A stretch of DNA of 64,000 bases, from contig JANNXQ010000078.1 of assembly GCA_031409655.1 (NCBI GenBank), positions 32,001 through 96,000 of the forward strand. Direction: 5' to 3'. Positions 8,573-18,299 of this stretch are shown here, one piece after another. This stretch comes from Chthoniobacteraceae bacterium (lineage in GTDB: Bacteria; Verrucomicrobiota; Verrucomicrobiia; Chthoniobacterales; Chthoniobacteraceae). Numbering within the stretch: position 1 is the stretch's first letter; every line of letters starts with the position of its first letter. The notes below the pieces were generated by a model, which was given only the letters and a program-made list of their open reading frames with translations, was not told the origin of the DNA and did no database searches. The translations under genes were made by a program, and so were the position numbers.

Positions 8573-9280
8573 CTATTTGGCGTCGATGATCCCGAGCAGC
8601 GCGCCGATCTTCTTCCGGAGATCACGCTGAATGGTTTCGATCCGCTGGTTGGCGTTGATGACCTCGAAGCCGTATTCGTCCTTCATCCGCTGAAACTCAG
8701 CCTGGAGCATCCGCTGGTATTTTAGAAAGCTATCGAACATGTCGCGGGAGAGGCCGAGGTCCATGCCGCTTTCCCAATAGTCGAGGGTCGGGTTTTTTTG
8801 AAAATTGCGGTCCACGAGTTGGCGGCCGCCGACGCGGAAGTAGAAGACGGCGTCGGGGACGAGCGCGGGGCTGTAGAGATTGCGCAGCCATTCGCGGTCT
8901 GCGCCGCGCATCACATCACGAGCCATGAGGGTATAGACGTAGCGATCCGCGATGACGATGAGGCCCGCCCGGAGTGCCGGGATCATCTCATGGACCAGTT
9001 GATCGAAGAAATCGGTCGCGTAAAAAAGCGACATCGTGGTGTGCGTGAGGATGTTACCTTGTTTGGCGCTCTCCAGTTCCTCGGCCACGAGATTCGAGCG
9101 GCTGAGGCCCATGGTGCGCACCGCAAACCCATTCGCTTCAAGCCACGCGCTGAGCATCGCGATCTGGGTCGAGCGCCCGGAGCCGTCGGCACCCTCGATG
9201 GCTAGAAGCCGACCGGCGAAGCGCGCGTCGCGGAGTTCGGGAAGCTGCCGGCCGAAGGAGGCTTTCTCGGTCAGCGGCAT
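8573..9280 (-). CDS. Thymidylate kinase-like protein, second of a tandem pair (Walker A Lys replaced by Arg)
   Basis: 'IEGADGSGRSTQ', 'IADRYVYT', 'PDAVFY'. Confidence 0.8.
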   Translation of the reverse strand: MPLTEKASFGRQLPELRDARFAGRLLAIEGADGSGRSTQIAMLSAWLEANGFAVRTMGLSRSNLVAEELESAKQGNILTHTTMSLFYATDFFDQLVHEMIPALRAGLIVIADRYVYTLMARDVMRGADREWLRNLYSPALVPDAVFYFRVGGRQLVDRNFQKNPTLDYWESGMDLGLSRDMFDSFLKYQRMLQAEFQRMKDEYGFEVINANQRIETIQRDLRKKIGALLGIIDAK

Positions 9281-9954
9281 GGAGGCCTCCGGAAAACGGG
9301 TAAGTCGATCCGTTCGCGGATCAATTGGCGCACGCGGCTTTGCTGTTGGTGAATTTCTTCGCTGGCGTCGATGAGGGTGAACCCAAACTGCTCACGCATG
9401 GCCTCGTATTCTGCGAAGACCTTTCCCTGAAAGATTCGGAAACTCTCGTAGGGATCAGTACTCCAGCCCATGTCGAGTCCGGCTTCATGATACTTCAGCA
9501 TCGGCCGCCCCTCCAGGATTCGGTTAAGTGATGTCTCCAGAGGCACTTGGAAGTAAAATGTGATGTCCGGTTGGACCGCGAAACTGTAGAGTTTTTGGAC
9601 CCATTCGCGGTCCACCCCACGCACCGCATCTCGGGCAAAGGCGGTGAAGATGTAGCGATCGGCGAGAACGATGTATCCGGCGCGGAGCAGGGGAAGGATC
9701 TGCCGGTCGTATCGATCTGCGAAATCGGTGGCGTGGATCAGCGAGAAAGTGGTGGGTGTGAGGAGTTGCCGTTTCTTGCCTTTCGTGGTGGATTTTTTCA
9801 CCAGGACAGACGAATTCCACTCCGTGAAAAAGACCCGGTAGCCTTCGAGTTCGAGCCATCGCTTGACGAGGTAGATCTGGGTGGACTTTCCGGAGCCATC
9901 CAAACCCTCGACAGCGATCAGTTTCCCTGAATAATTCGGGTGCTTGAGAACCAC
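9271..9954 (-). CDS. tmk: Thymidylate kinase-like protein, first of a tandem pair
   Basis: 'VEGLDGSGKSTQ', 'LADRYIFT', 'PDITFY'; start uncertain (GTG 9954 chosen). Confidence 0.8.
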   Translation of the reverse strand: MVLKHPNYSGKLIAVEGLDGSGKSTQIYLVKRWLELEGYRVFFTEWNSSVLVKKSTTKGKKRQLLTPTTFSLIHATDFADRYDRQILPLLRAGYIVLADRYIFTAFARDAVRGVDREWVQKLYSFAVQPDITFYFQVPLETSLNRILEGRPMLKYHEAGLDMGWSTDPYESFRIFQGKVFAEYEAMREQFGFTLIDASEEIHQQQSRVRQLIRERIDLPVFRRPPCR

Positions 9955-10069
9955 ACGCTTAGGATGTTTACTTTGGTCTGAGAATGCAATCCCAAAGCCA
10001 GCACCCTCATGACATAAGACGCTGCTGAGCGCATCCGCCTGATCCAACCATCAAATTCGACCCCCCAAT

Positions 10070-10474
10070 ATGGACTTCGCCAATCTCATTACAGATGCGC
10101 TTTCAGCACGCGAGAAAGCGTATGCTCCTTATTCCAATTTTCGAGTGGGAGCAGCGTTGCTCGGTAAGAGCGGTCGCGTTTTTACGGGTGGCAACGTCGA
10201 GAATATTTCCTTTGGCCTGACGATTTGTGCTGAGCGGTCGGCAGTTTGTAGTGCGATTGCTGCCGGAGAGATCGAGTTTGTCGCAATCGCGGTTGCTGCG
10301 GATTCGCGGGAACCGGTGACCCCGTGTGGCGCTTGTCGGCAGGTATTGGCGGAATTTTGCGATGACTTGGAAACTTGCTCGGTGAATCTTCAGGGCCAAA
10401 CCTTCAAAACAACGCTTTCGGTGCTTTTGCCCCGCGCCAAGGCCGGCATATTGGATCACGACTGTTCCACGTAG
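10070..10474 (+). CDS. cdd: Cytidine deaminase
   Basis: AYAPYSNFRVGAAL, NVEN, CAER and PCGACRQ zinc motifs. Confidence 0.95.
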   Translation: MDFANLITDALSAREKAYAPYSNFRVGAALLGKSGRVFTGGNVENISFGLTICAERSAVCSAIAAGEIEFVAIAVAADSREPVTPCGACRQVLAEFCDDLETCSVNLQGQTFKTTLSVLLPRAKAGILDHDCST

Positions 10475-10478
10475 AACA
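10463..10478. promoter_or_regulatory. parS-like centromere site TGTTCCACGTAGAACA
   Basis: 16-bp near-palindrome, one mismatch to TGTTCCACGTGGAACA; overlaps the cdd stop and ends 3 bp before mnmG. Confidence 0.72.
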
Positions 10479-10481
10479 TAG

Positions 10482-12335
10482 ATGTTCACTTACCCGAAAA
10501 TATACGACGTGATCGTCGTCGGTGCGGGACACGCGGGGATTGAGGCGGCTTCGGCTGCTGCGCGGATGGGATGCGAGACACTCATCCTTACCCAAAACCT
10601 TGATTCGGTCGGGCAGATGTCCTGCAATCCCGCGATTGGCGGCCAGGCGAAAGGACAGATGGTTCGGGAAATTGATGCCCTCGGGGGAGTCATGGGGCTG
10701 AATACAGACGCCACGTCCATTCAGTTTCGGATGTTGAACGGAACGAAGGGGCCGAGTGTGCGGTCGCCGCGTGCGCAATGCGATAAGAAGGCTTACCAGT
10801 TTAGAGCGAAGGCGATCTTGGAGCGGACCCCGAATCTGGACCTAAAGCAGGGGAACGCCGTCAATATCGTTGTTGGCGACGAAGGGGCTTGCGGAGTTGA
10901 GACAAATCTAGGGCTTCGGTTTCGAGGGCGATCAGTGATCATCACCACCGGGACATTCATGCGAGGACTGCTCCATGTGGGATTGAATAGCCAGGCCGGG
11001 GGAAGGATGGGAGATTCGGTCTCTACGCTGAGTGACAATCTCAAGGACTTGGGATTTGAGATCGGGCGGTTTAAGACAGGTACTCCGTGCAGACTTCATG
11101 GGCGGACGATCAATTTCGAGAAGTGTACTCCGCAAGGCGGCGATACTCCGCCTCAACCCTTTACCTTTTTTCCTGAGGCGCTGGTGGCGAGCGACAACGA
11201 CATTTTTTCGCTCAATCGGTTTGAGTCTGGCGAGTTCCACGTGGAACAACTTCCTTGTTGGACGACCGGGACCACCCCGGCGACGCACGACTTGATCCGC
11301 GCCAATCTGGATAAATCGCCACTGTATTCAGGTTTGATCGAAGGAGTGGGCCCTCGGTATTGCCCGTCGATCGAAGACAAGGTCGTGAAATTCGCGGAGA
11401 AGGATTCGCACCAAATCTTCTTGGAGCCCGAAGGCCGACACACCGAAGAGTTCTACGTGAATGGCGTCTCCACGAGTTTGCCGATGGAGGTCCAGTACGC
11501 TTTCGTTCGCACTATTCCCGGTTTGGAAAACGCCGAAATCATGCGCCCGGGTTACGCCGTGGAATACGACTACTGCCCCCCCACGCAACTCAAACATACC
11601 CTCGAGACACAGAAGATCCCTCATCTCTATTTCGCTGGGCAAATCAACGGCACATCCGGCTACGAAGAGGCGGCGGCACAAGGGCTAGTGGCAGGGACGA
11701 ACGCTGCCCGCAAGATATTGTGTAGGAGTGAATTCGTGCTCTCGCGAAGCGAGGCTTATATCGGAGTGTTGGTGGACGATCTCGTGACCAAGGGCACCCT
11801 CGAACCCTACCGGATGTTCACCAGCCGAGCGGAGTTCCGACTGCTCCTGCGCCACGACAACGCCGACCTCAGGCTGACCCCAATTGCGCAGAAGCACGGG
11901 CTGGTCGAAGAAGCGAGAGCGAAGGCGACGGCCGCGAAACAGGAAACCTTGCGCACGCTCCGCACTTTCGCAGAGACGGCGAAATACGACGGCCTGAAGA
12001 TCATCCAGTGGCTGCGGAGACCCGACAACTTTTCGCACCAGCTCCCAAGCGAACTCCGCGCCGGCTTTTCCTCCGCTCAGTGGGATTCCGTGGAAATCGA
12101 CATCAAATACGAAGGCTACATCGCGCGCCAAAACTTCGAGGTGAACCGCCTCCGCAGCCAGGAGGGAATGCGGATTCCTCCATTCTTCGATTTCGACAGC
12201 GTCGGTAGCATTCGTGCCGAGAGCCGCCAGAAGCTGAACAAAGTGAAGCCGCAAACGATCGGACAGGCGGCCCGCATCAGCGGCATTACGCCGGCCGATG
12301 TCGCGTTGCTCAGTATTGCAGTCGCGCGCCCGTGA
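10482..12335 (+). CDS. mnmG: tRNA uridine-5-carboxymethylaminomethyl modification enzyme MnmG (GidA)
   Basis: [61 protein letters not shown]. Confidence 0.98.
   Translation: MFTYPKIYDVIVVGAGHAGIEAASAAARMGCETLILTQNLDSVGQMSCNPAIGGQAKGQMVREIDALGGVMGLNTDATSIQFRMLNGTKGPSVRSPRAQCDKKAYQFRAKAILERTPNLDLKQGNAVNIVVGDEGACGVETNLGLRFRGRSVIITTGTFMRGLLHVGLNSQAGGRMGDSVSTLSDNLKDLGFEIGRFKTGTPCRLHGRTINFEKCTPQGGDTPPQPFTFFPEALVASDNDIFSLNRFESGEFHVEQLPCWTTGTTPATHDLIRANLDKSPLYSGLIEGVGPRYCPSIEDKVVKFAEKDSHQIFLEPEGRHTEEFYVNGVSTSLPMEVQYAFVRTIPGLENAEIMRPGYAVEYDYCPPTQLKHTLETQKIPHLYFAGQINGTSGYEEAAAQGLVAGTNAARKILCRSEFVLSRSEAYIGVLVDDLVTKGTLEPYRMFTSRAEFRLLLRHDNADLRLTPIAQKHGLVEEARAKATAAKQETLRTLRTFAETAKYDGLKIIQWLRRPDNFSHQLPSELRAGFSSAQWDSVEIDIKYEGYIARQNFEVNRLRSQEGMRIPPFFDFDSVGSIRAESRQKLNKVKPQTIGQAARISGITPADVALLSIAVARP
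11233..11248. promoter_or_regulatory. parS-like site AGTTCCACGTGGAACA inside mnmG
   Basis: Perfect 14-bp palindrome GTTCCACGTGGAAC; encodes (E)FHVEQ. Confidence 0.78.
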
Positions 12336-12380
12336 TCGACGCCATCACTTTAGAGTTTAGAGCCCCAGTCAAGAATGCGG

Positions 12381-12397
12381 TTCCGTAGATTACGGAA
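12381..12397. promoter_or_regulatory. Operator-like palindrome TTCCGTA-GAT-TACGGAA upstream of the PEP-CTERM gene
   Basis: Perfect 7-3-7 inverted repeat in an AT-rich intergenic region; TTGACT (-35-like) at 12465-12470. Confidence 0.35.
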
Positions 12398-12566
12398 ACT
12401 GAGGGTTGTAGCCAGCAGCGTTAGCGCCCTTTGCAGTGCTTCGAAAACAATGCGCGAAAATCTATTGACTCACAATGCGCCTTCGGTTTAAAACCATCGA
12501 ATCCTTCTACCGGATAATATAAAAACAGCGGATAATCCAAAACCTCCACAAAATAAATTCACAGCA

Positions 12567-13352
12567 ATGAAGACTTTAAACCCCACCATGCTTAAAGGAT
12601 GCTCAGCGCTCGTCGCTACGTTCCTTTCCGCCAGCGCAATCACGTCACAAGCGGTACTCGTTCTCCCAACGACTGCGGAAACTCCCGGTGCGCTCCTTGG
12701 AGCCGGCGTTGGCAATTCCGGCGGAACAGTTGTCGCAGGTGGTGACATCACTGTTCCCTTTTCCGATGTGAGTCTCCCATCGAACTTCAACGGAACTCTG
12801 CGCACCACGGTGGTTCGGAATGCCGGCGGAACTCTGGATTTCTACTACCAGTTGGCGAACACAACCACCGCCCCGAATATTCCGGACCCTGAGCTGTACC
12901 GGCTGACGCTGAATCCTTTCAGCGCTGCCTTTTCCACGTCTGGTGCAAGCTACGAAGCTTTTGTGATCAACAACGGCTTGGCCGGCATCGCCGGGGCTGC
13001 TTCGGTGCCCGGAACGGTTGCCGCGTTCAGCGCTGATCGCCAGGTTGGTGTTCAAGGTGTAGGCTTCGGATTTGATTTCGGTGACGCTCAATTCCTTGAC
13101 GACGTAACTCCACCTTTCACTAATCTGAATCCGGGTCAGACCTCGAACTTCCTCCTCATTCGGACCAGTGCGACCCAGTTCGCTCAGACGACCGCGTCTG
13201 CGATCGGCGCTGGAACGGCAACGCCGATTAGGAGTTTCGCTCCGATTCCAGAGCCAACTACGATTTTGGTCGGACTCGCGCTCACAACCTTCCTGGGCTG
13301 CTCCGAACTCGGTCGCTCCCGCCGCCGGAAGGCGACCGGTGCCAAGGTTTAA
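12567..13352 (+). CDS. PEP-CTERM surface protein
   Basis: Signal peptide; C-terminal IPEPTT, hydrophobic helix and RSRRRK basic tail. Confidence 0.88.
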   Translation: MKTLNPTMLKGCSALVATFLSASAITSQAVLVLPTTAETPGALLGAGVGNSGGTVVAGGDITVPFSDVSLPSNFNGTLRTTVVRNAGGTLDFYYQLANTTTAPNIPDPELYRLTLNPFSAAFSTSGASYEAFVINNGLAGIAGAASVPGTVAAFSADRQVGVQGVGFGFDFGDAQFLDDVTPPFTNLNPGQTSNFLLIRTSATQFAQTTASAIGAGTATPIRSFAPIPEPTTILVGLALTTFLGCSELGRSRRRKATGAKV

Positions 13353-13382
13353 GCCGACCGAAAGTAGTCACGTTTAGTCTTC

Positions 13383-13425
13383 AAACCCCCTCGTTCCGTT
13401 CTGGAGCGAGGGGGGTTTTCTTTTC
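13383..13425 (+). terminator. Intrinsic terminator after the PEP-CTERM gene
   Basis: AAACCCCCTCGTTCC-loop-GGAGCGAGGGGGGTTTT followed by CTTTT. Confidence 0.8.
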
Positions 13426-13597
13426 TGGCAGATGTTTCCAAAGGCCCCAGCGAAAGTTCGCTTTCAAATCCAGGGGTCCTTCCTTTGGAAAGAGGCCAGT
13501 GCGCGGGCTCGACACGGCCACCTCGGCTCGCGGGTGCCCCGGTGTCGCCGGCCCCCCGACAAAAAATGCGCTGCCTTGAATCCGCGGAGCGATCCAG

Positions 13598-13858
13598 CTA
13601 CGAGCCCAATTTCGCTTTCGCCAATTGGCGCTTTCCGCTCCAACGGACTGGGGCAAGCCAGGAGGCGCTGGACCACGGCATTCCGTCCTCGACCCACTTT
13701 GCGCGCCACTGCGCTGGGCTCATCCCTTCGTCGTCGTCGCTGACGCCGTGTTGAAAACCGCAACAGGGACAAATTTCGAACGACGCGCCGCCGCTGACGG
13801 ATCGCGGCGCCTCGGAAAGCTGCGGCCAGCCGCACACGGTGCAGGTGTGTTTCTTCAT
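13598..13858 (-). CDS. Cys-rich Zn-ribbon protein, putative immunity protein
   Basis: CTVCG...FEICPCCGFQHG..DD...WRAKW..G.PW; ATGA overlap with the upstream toxin-like gene. Confidence 0.7.
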   Translation of the reverse strand: MKKHTCTVCGWPQLSEAPRSVSGGASFEICPCCGFQHGVSDDDEGMSPAQWRAKWVEDGMPWSSASWLAPVRWSGKRQLAKAKLGS

Positions 13859-14613
13859 CGAGAGGGAATGTCGCTCGGCTTCACGGGACGGCCAGGCTGG
13901 CGCGCGAAGTAGTCGCGGCTGCCGGGCTTGAAGTAGGTCTTCGTGGTGCCGTCGCGGTTGTAGGCAGCGAAGGCGCCGGTCATTGCATCAAAGACGCGCA
14001 AGGTGCCGTCTACATCAAGTTTCATCGGCAGGCTGGTCGCCATGGCCCGCTGCCGGAAACTCCAGGCTTGGCGCGCATAGTCGTCGGGATCTCGCGCCTG
14101 GAAGTCCTGCCCGTGTCGCGCAAAGTGATCGGCAAGCGCGGGCATGTTGCCCCAAGTCGCGCGCGTCGGCGGCGCTTGCTGGGTGGATGCTGGCGGTGGT
14201 TTGGAAGCGGGAGAAGTGCGCGGCGGGCTTGTGACCTTTGTGGGCGGGGCGTCGGGCGTGGTCTTCGGCGAGGTCGCAGAACTCCCCGAGACAGTAAAAT
14301 TACCAGTCGCGAGCTTCTTCCGCGCTGTGCCGACGGCGTAGAAATATATTTTGCCGGGCGCAAGGCCAGTGACGGTGACGATGTGGTCCGTAGTGATGCC
14401 ACCCTCCGCGCGCTGGGTGAGCGCTTCCGCCGTGGCACCGTAGCTCACCCGCCCACCGGATTCCACGTCGGTGCGCCATTTCACAGTGACGGAACCGCTG
14501 CCCGCTGGCTCGACTTTCACAGCCCCGACGACTCCCGCCGCGCGCCCGAAGGCACCCAGCCAAGTGAGTAACAGAATCGCCAGTCCCAGCGGTCGCAGCT
14601 TGGGAAAATGCAT
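13855..14613 (-). CDS. Secreted protein: FN3-like domain, Pro/Thr linker and putative polymorphic-toxin RNase domain
   Basis: Signal peptide; 'VTVKWRTD...HIVTVTGLAPGKIYFYAV'; C-terminal 'DHFARHGQDF...YARQA..F...GTTKTYFKP'. Confidence 0.65.
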   Translation of the reverse strand: MHFPKLRPLGLAILLLTWLGAFGRAAGVVGAVKVEPAGSGSVTVKWRTDVESGGRVSYGATAEALTQRAEGGITTDHIVTVTGLAPGKIYFYAVGTARKKLATGNFTVSGSSATSPKTTPDAPPTKVTSPPRTSPASKPPPASTQQAPPTRATWGNMPALADHFARHGQDFQARDPDDYARQAWSFRQRAMATSLPMKLDVDGTLRVFDAMTGAFAAYNRDGTTKTYFKPGSRDYFARQPGRPVKPSDIPSR

Positions 14614-14620
14614 CGGTTGA

Positions 14621-15583
14621 CTACGTCAGGCAGGCCATGCGATCGGCGTGCGGTGCTTGGGGCACGAGATCGAGTTCGGCGAGGAGCTGCTGGTCTTCGT
14701 CCACGCCTGGGTTTGCGGCGGTGAGCAGCTTGTCCCCGTAGAAGATCGAGTTTGCTCCGGCAAAAAAGCAGAGCGCCTGCGCCTCGCGGGAAAGTCGGGT
14801 GCGGCCCGCGCTGAGTCGCACTTTCGAGCGCGGCAAGGCAATGCGCGTCGTGGCGATGAGACGCACCAGCTCGAAGACATCGACGGGTGGCTGATCTTCG
14901 AGCGGCGTGCCGGGCATGGCCATGAGGCAATTGATCGGCACGCTTTCCGGCGCGGGATCGAAACCAGTGAGCACCTCCAGCATCTTCAATCGGTCCACGA
15001 TCGTCTCACCGAGTCCGATGATCCCACCGCAGCACACATCCATGCCGGACTGTTGCACGGCGGCGATGGTATCGAGGCGGTTTTGAAAAGTGTGCGTCGT
15101 CACGATCTCCGGGTAGAATTCCGGTGAGGTGTCGATGTTGTGGTTGTAGGCGGTCACGCCGGCTTCCTTTAGCTTCTGCGCCTCGGGGAGCGAGAGCTGA
15201 CCGAGCGTGACGCACACTTCCATGCCGAGCTTGGAGACTTCGCGGATGGCCCCGAGCACCTGCTCGAAACGCGGATCGCCAGAGCGCACGCCTTTCCACG
15301 CTGCGCCCATGCAAAAGCGCGTGGAGCCATTCTCTTTCGCCCGTTGCGCGACCGCGAGGATTTCATCCGTCTGCATCAGCCGTTCCGCTTCCACGCCGGT
15401 CTTGTAGCGGGCGCTCTGCGCGCAGTAGCCGCAGTCCTCAGAGCAGCCACCCGTCTTGATCGAGAGCAAAGTGCAGAGCTGCACTTCATTGCCAGTCCAG
15501 TGCTCGAGGAAAGCGGCGCGTGCGCGGCTGAGCAGGTCGAAAAACGGGGTGTCGTAGAGGGCTTGGAGCTCGGGAAACTTCAC
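14621..15583 (-). CDS. bioB: Biotin synthase
   Basis: SIKTGGCSEDCGYCAQS radical-SAM motif, RFCMGAAW, YNHNIDT, RLSAGR, GANSIFYG. Confidence 0.97.
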   Translation of the reverse strand: MKFPELQALYDTPFFDLLSRARAAFLEHWTGNEVQLCTLLSIKTGGCSEDCGYCAQSARYKTGVEAERLMQTDEILAVAQRAKENGSTRFCMGAAWKGVRSGDPRFEQVLGAIREVSKLGMEVCVTLGQLSLPEAQKLKEAGVTAYNHNIDTSPEFYPEIVTTHTFQNRLDTIAAVQQSGMDVCCGGIIGLGETIVDRLKMLEVLTGFDPAPESVPINCLMAMPGTPLEDQPPVDVFELVRLIATTRIALPRSKVRLSAGRTRLSREAQALCFFAGANSIFYGDKLLTAANPGVDEDQQLLAELDLVPQAPHADRMACLT

Positions 15584-15650
15584 GGTCGATGAGTGTCGGA
15601 GGGTGGTCGGCGAGTGTCGAGTGTGGAGTCCTTGGAAAAGCGCCCGGCGG

Positions 15651-16430
15651 CTACTCGCCGAGATGGGCGTAGAGCCGCGCTAGGCGGCGGGCATGCTCAT
15701 CGTAGGCGGACTCGAAGAGCGCCGTTGCCATTTCCGCGCCGACGATCGCAGCGGCCGTGAGCACGCGCGGGGGCTGGCCGGCTGCCGTGAGCCGCGCGGC
15801 GACTTCCGCCTTGATCGCATTCACGAGCAGACAACCGCCAATGGTCGAGCCTGGCGCGACGGGTGTCTCGAGGCCAGGCACATGGACCATCGCGTCACCG
15901 ACGGGCGCGCCGGTATCGAGCGTCAGCTCGGCGAAGTCCGAGAGCTTGCGCCCATCCGTCCGCCGGCTCGTGCTCGCGGCACTGTGCGCTTTGGAAACGA
16001 TCGCCACTACGCGCACCCGCCGGCGTTGGAATTCCTCCGCCATCTCGATCGGTACCAAATTGCAACCACTGGAGGAAATGACGAGGGCGGTGTCTGCGGG
16101 CGCGAGGTCAAAGTTGCGCAAGATCCGCTCCGCGAGACCGCTGACATTTTCGAGGAACATCGCCTGCCGCTGCCCATTCGCGCCGACGACGAGATTGTGA
16201 AAGCTCACGGAGAGTTCGACGATCGGATTGAACCCTGGGAAGGAGCCGTAGCGCGGCCACATCTCCTCCACCATGATGCGCGAGTGTCCGGAGCCAAAGA
16301 CATGGACCATGCGACCGGCGAGGATCGTCTGCGCGAACCAATCGGCGGCCTGCTGAATGGCAGCAGACTGCTCTTCCACGGTGTCAACGAGGACGCGGCA
16401 GTGGGTGAGGTATTCGGCGGAAGGGCTCAT
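15651..16430 (-). CDS. SIS-domain sugar isomerase-like protein
   Basis: 'VHVFGSGHS', 'VISSSG.N.VPIEMA', 'LDTGAPVGDA', 'PGST'. Confidence 0.8.
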   Translation of the reverse strand: MSPSAEYLTHCRVLVDTVEEQSAAIQQAADWFAQTILAGRMVHVFGSGHSRIMVEEMWPRYGSFPGFNPIVELSVSFHNLVVGANGQRQAMFLENVSGLAERILRNFDLAPADTALVISSSGCNLVPIEMAEEFQRRRVRVVAIVSKAHSAASTSRRTDGRKLSDFAELTLDTGAPVGDAMVHVPGLETPVAPGSTIGGCLLVNAIKAEVAARLTAAGQPPRVLTAAAIVGAEMATALFESAYDEHARRLARLYAHLGE

Positions 16431-16446
16431 TGGGAGAGGCAAAAGG

Positions 16447-16558
16447 CGAACATCGAACATCGAACGTCGAACATCCAACATCAAACGCGGAATGAGTGCG
16501 CTGGCGGGCGGCGCTCGGAAGTTCGACGTTCGATGTTCAAAGTTCGACGTTCGATGTT
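16447..16558. repeat. Palindromic heptamer-repeat element (CGAACAT)n ... (GTTCGAY)n
   Basis: Same architecture as 964-1070; contains the stop codon of the ROK kinase gene. Confidence 0.85.
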
Positions 16559-17430
16559 AGCCCCAGCGCGAGCCGTCCGGCCCCGATCGCGCCGGCCCAT
16601 TCACCGAGCGCGGCGGGCATCACCTTCACGGCGCTGCCGCACGGTCGCCACTCCACTTTCGCGAGTTCCTCGCTGAGCGGAGTGAAGAGGGCGTCGCCGG
16701 CCTGCGCGATGCCGCCGCCGAGGATCACGGCTTCGGGGTCGAGAATATTGATGAACGAACCGATCGCGCAGGCCAGAGCGCTGATCGAGCGCAGCCACAC
16801 CTCCCGCGCAAAGCCGTCGCCATCGCGATAAGCCGCCACCAGCGCGTGGGTGGAATCGAAGCGGCCGGCGGTCCGCTCGCGGATGTTGAAATTGCCGATC
16901 GCACACTCGAGCGCGCCGGGCATGCCGGCGATGCTCCGTGGACCTTCAGGATCGAGACAGGTGTGGGCAAAGTGCCCGGCGCGCCCGAGGTGTCCGTGCA
17001 GAATTCGTCCGTCGCTCAAGATCCCTCCGCCGACGCCGGTACCCAGCGTGAGCAGGATCGCGTCGCGCAGCCCGCGCGCGGCGCCGATCCACGCCTCGCC
17101 CCCGAGGGCCGCCTGTCCGTCATTTGTCACTGGGATGGTGCTGGAGCGCTGGAGAAAATCGCCCCACACCAGATGCTCCAGGCCCTGCAATCGACCCGGC
17201 ATGGAAACGATGGACCGTCCATCCCTGGCTGCGAGTCCTGGGGCGGAAAGGCCCACGGGCAGTTCGGTTCCAAGTTCATCCGCGAGCGTCCGCACGACGC
17301 TGGCAAAGCGTTTCGCGTCGGCTCCGTCATCGTCGGTCTGGCGCATCTCCCGCCGCAAAACCTCCCCAGCCGCCGTGACGACCACGCCCTTGATCTGCGT
17401 TCCGCCGATATCGATCCCGACGGCCCTCAT
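16537..17430 (-). CDS. ROK family sugar kinase (glucokinase-like)
   Basis: GIDIGGT, NDGQAA.GEAWIGA, LTLGTGVGGG, ILGGGI. Confidence 0.9.
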   Translation of the reverse strand: MRAVGIDIGGTQIKGVVVTAAGEVLRREMRQTDDDGADAKRFASVVRTLADELGTELPVGLSAPGLAARDGRSIVSMPGRLQGLEHLVWGDFLQRSSTIPVTNDGQAALGGEAWIGAARGLRDAILLTLGTGVGGGILSDGRILHGHLGRAGHFAHTCLDPEGPRSIAGMPGALECAIGNFNIRERTAGRFDSTHALVAAYRDGDGFAREVWLRSISALACAIGSFINILDPEAVILGGGIAQAGDALFTPLSEELAKVEWRPCGSAVKVMPAALGEWAGAIGAGRLALGLTSNVEL

Positions 17431-17435
17431 CCGCG

Positions 17436-18227
17436 CTACTCGTGCTGACCTTCGCTCACGGACCACCCGCCATCCACGCTCAAGACCTGCCCGGTGCAAA
17501 ACTTTGAGGCATCGCTCAGGAAATAGATCGCAGCCGCGTCAAGGTCTTCCGGCTGGGCGATGCGACCGCCGTCGAGCGGCTGCTTGGTGCGGATGAAGCG
17601 TTGCATCTTCTCATCCTGCGCCGCGCGCTGCGACATCGGCGTCTCGACCAGCGCCGGTGCGAGCACATTCACGCGAATGCTGGCATCGGCGTAGTAAGCG
17701 GCAAGACTCGTACTCAGGCCGATGATACCCGCCTTGGCCGTCGCATAGGCGTGGGTGGCGAAGTAGCGCGGGGAAGGATGCGCAGCCAGCACGCTGCTGA
17801 CATTGAGAATGCTGCCGGGTGTATTCCGGGCGAGAAATTGCCGCACGGCCGCACGATTCGAGAGCATCACCGAAGTAAGGTTTAGCTCAAGCGTGGCGGC
17901 CCAGCCTTCGTCGGTGAGTTCGTGCAGCGGGCCATCGCCGTCTTTGCGTCCGCTCCCGCCGGCCACGTGGTAGAGACCGTGGAAGCCGCCAAACGCCGAG
18001 ATGGCTTCACCGATCGCCCGCTCCGCCGTTTCGGGTTTCGTCGCGTCGCCGGCAAACGCGAGCGCCTTCGACCCGAGCACCATTTCCGCGGCGGCAACGC
18101 TCTCCGGTTTTCGTCCTACGACGACGACGTGCGCGCCGGCTGCGATGAAGGCGCGAGCCGCGGACAGACCGATCCCGGTCGTGCCACCGATGATGACGAG
18201 AGATTTACCAGCGAGCGCGTTGGGCAT
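17436..18227 (-). CDS. SDR family oxidoreductase
   Basis: IIGGTTGIG, YATAK (YxxxK), VDGGW. Confidence 0.92.
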   Translation of the reverse strand: MPNALAGKSLVIIGGTTGIGLSAARAFIAAGAHVVVVGRKPESVAAAEMVLGSKALAFAGDATKPETAERAIGEAISAFGGFHGLYHVAGGSGRKDGDGPLHELTDEGWAATLELNLTSVMLSNRAAVRQFLARNTPGSILNVSSVLAAHPSPRYFATHAYATAKAGIIGLSTSLAAYYADASIRVNVLAPALVETPMSQRAAQDEKMQRFIRTKQPLDGGRIAQPEDLDAAAIYFLSDASKFCTGQVLSVDGGWSVSEGQHE

Positions 18228-18299
18228 GACGCGGAGCATAGGGCCTCGAGGTTTGCCGCGGCAATGCCCGCGACGAGCGGCGTCGGCGCGCCAGTTTCG

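Noticed and set aside
10463..10478. Verrucomicrobial LexA box (TGTTC-N4-GAACA)
   Set aside because: The spacer is 6 nt (CACGTA), which fits parS rather than LexA.
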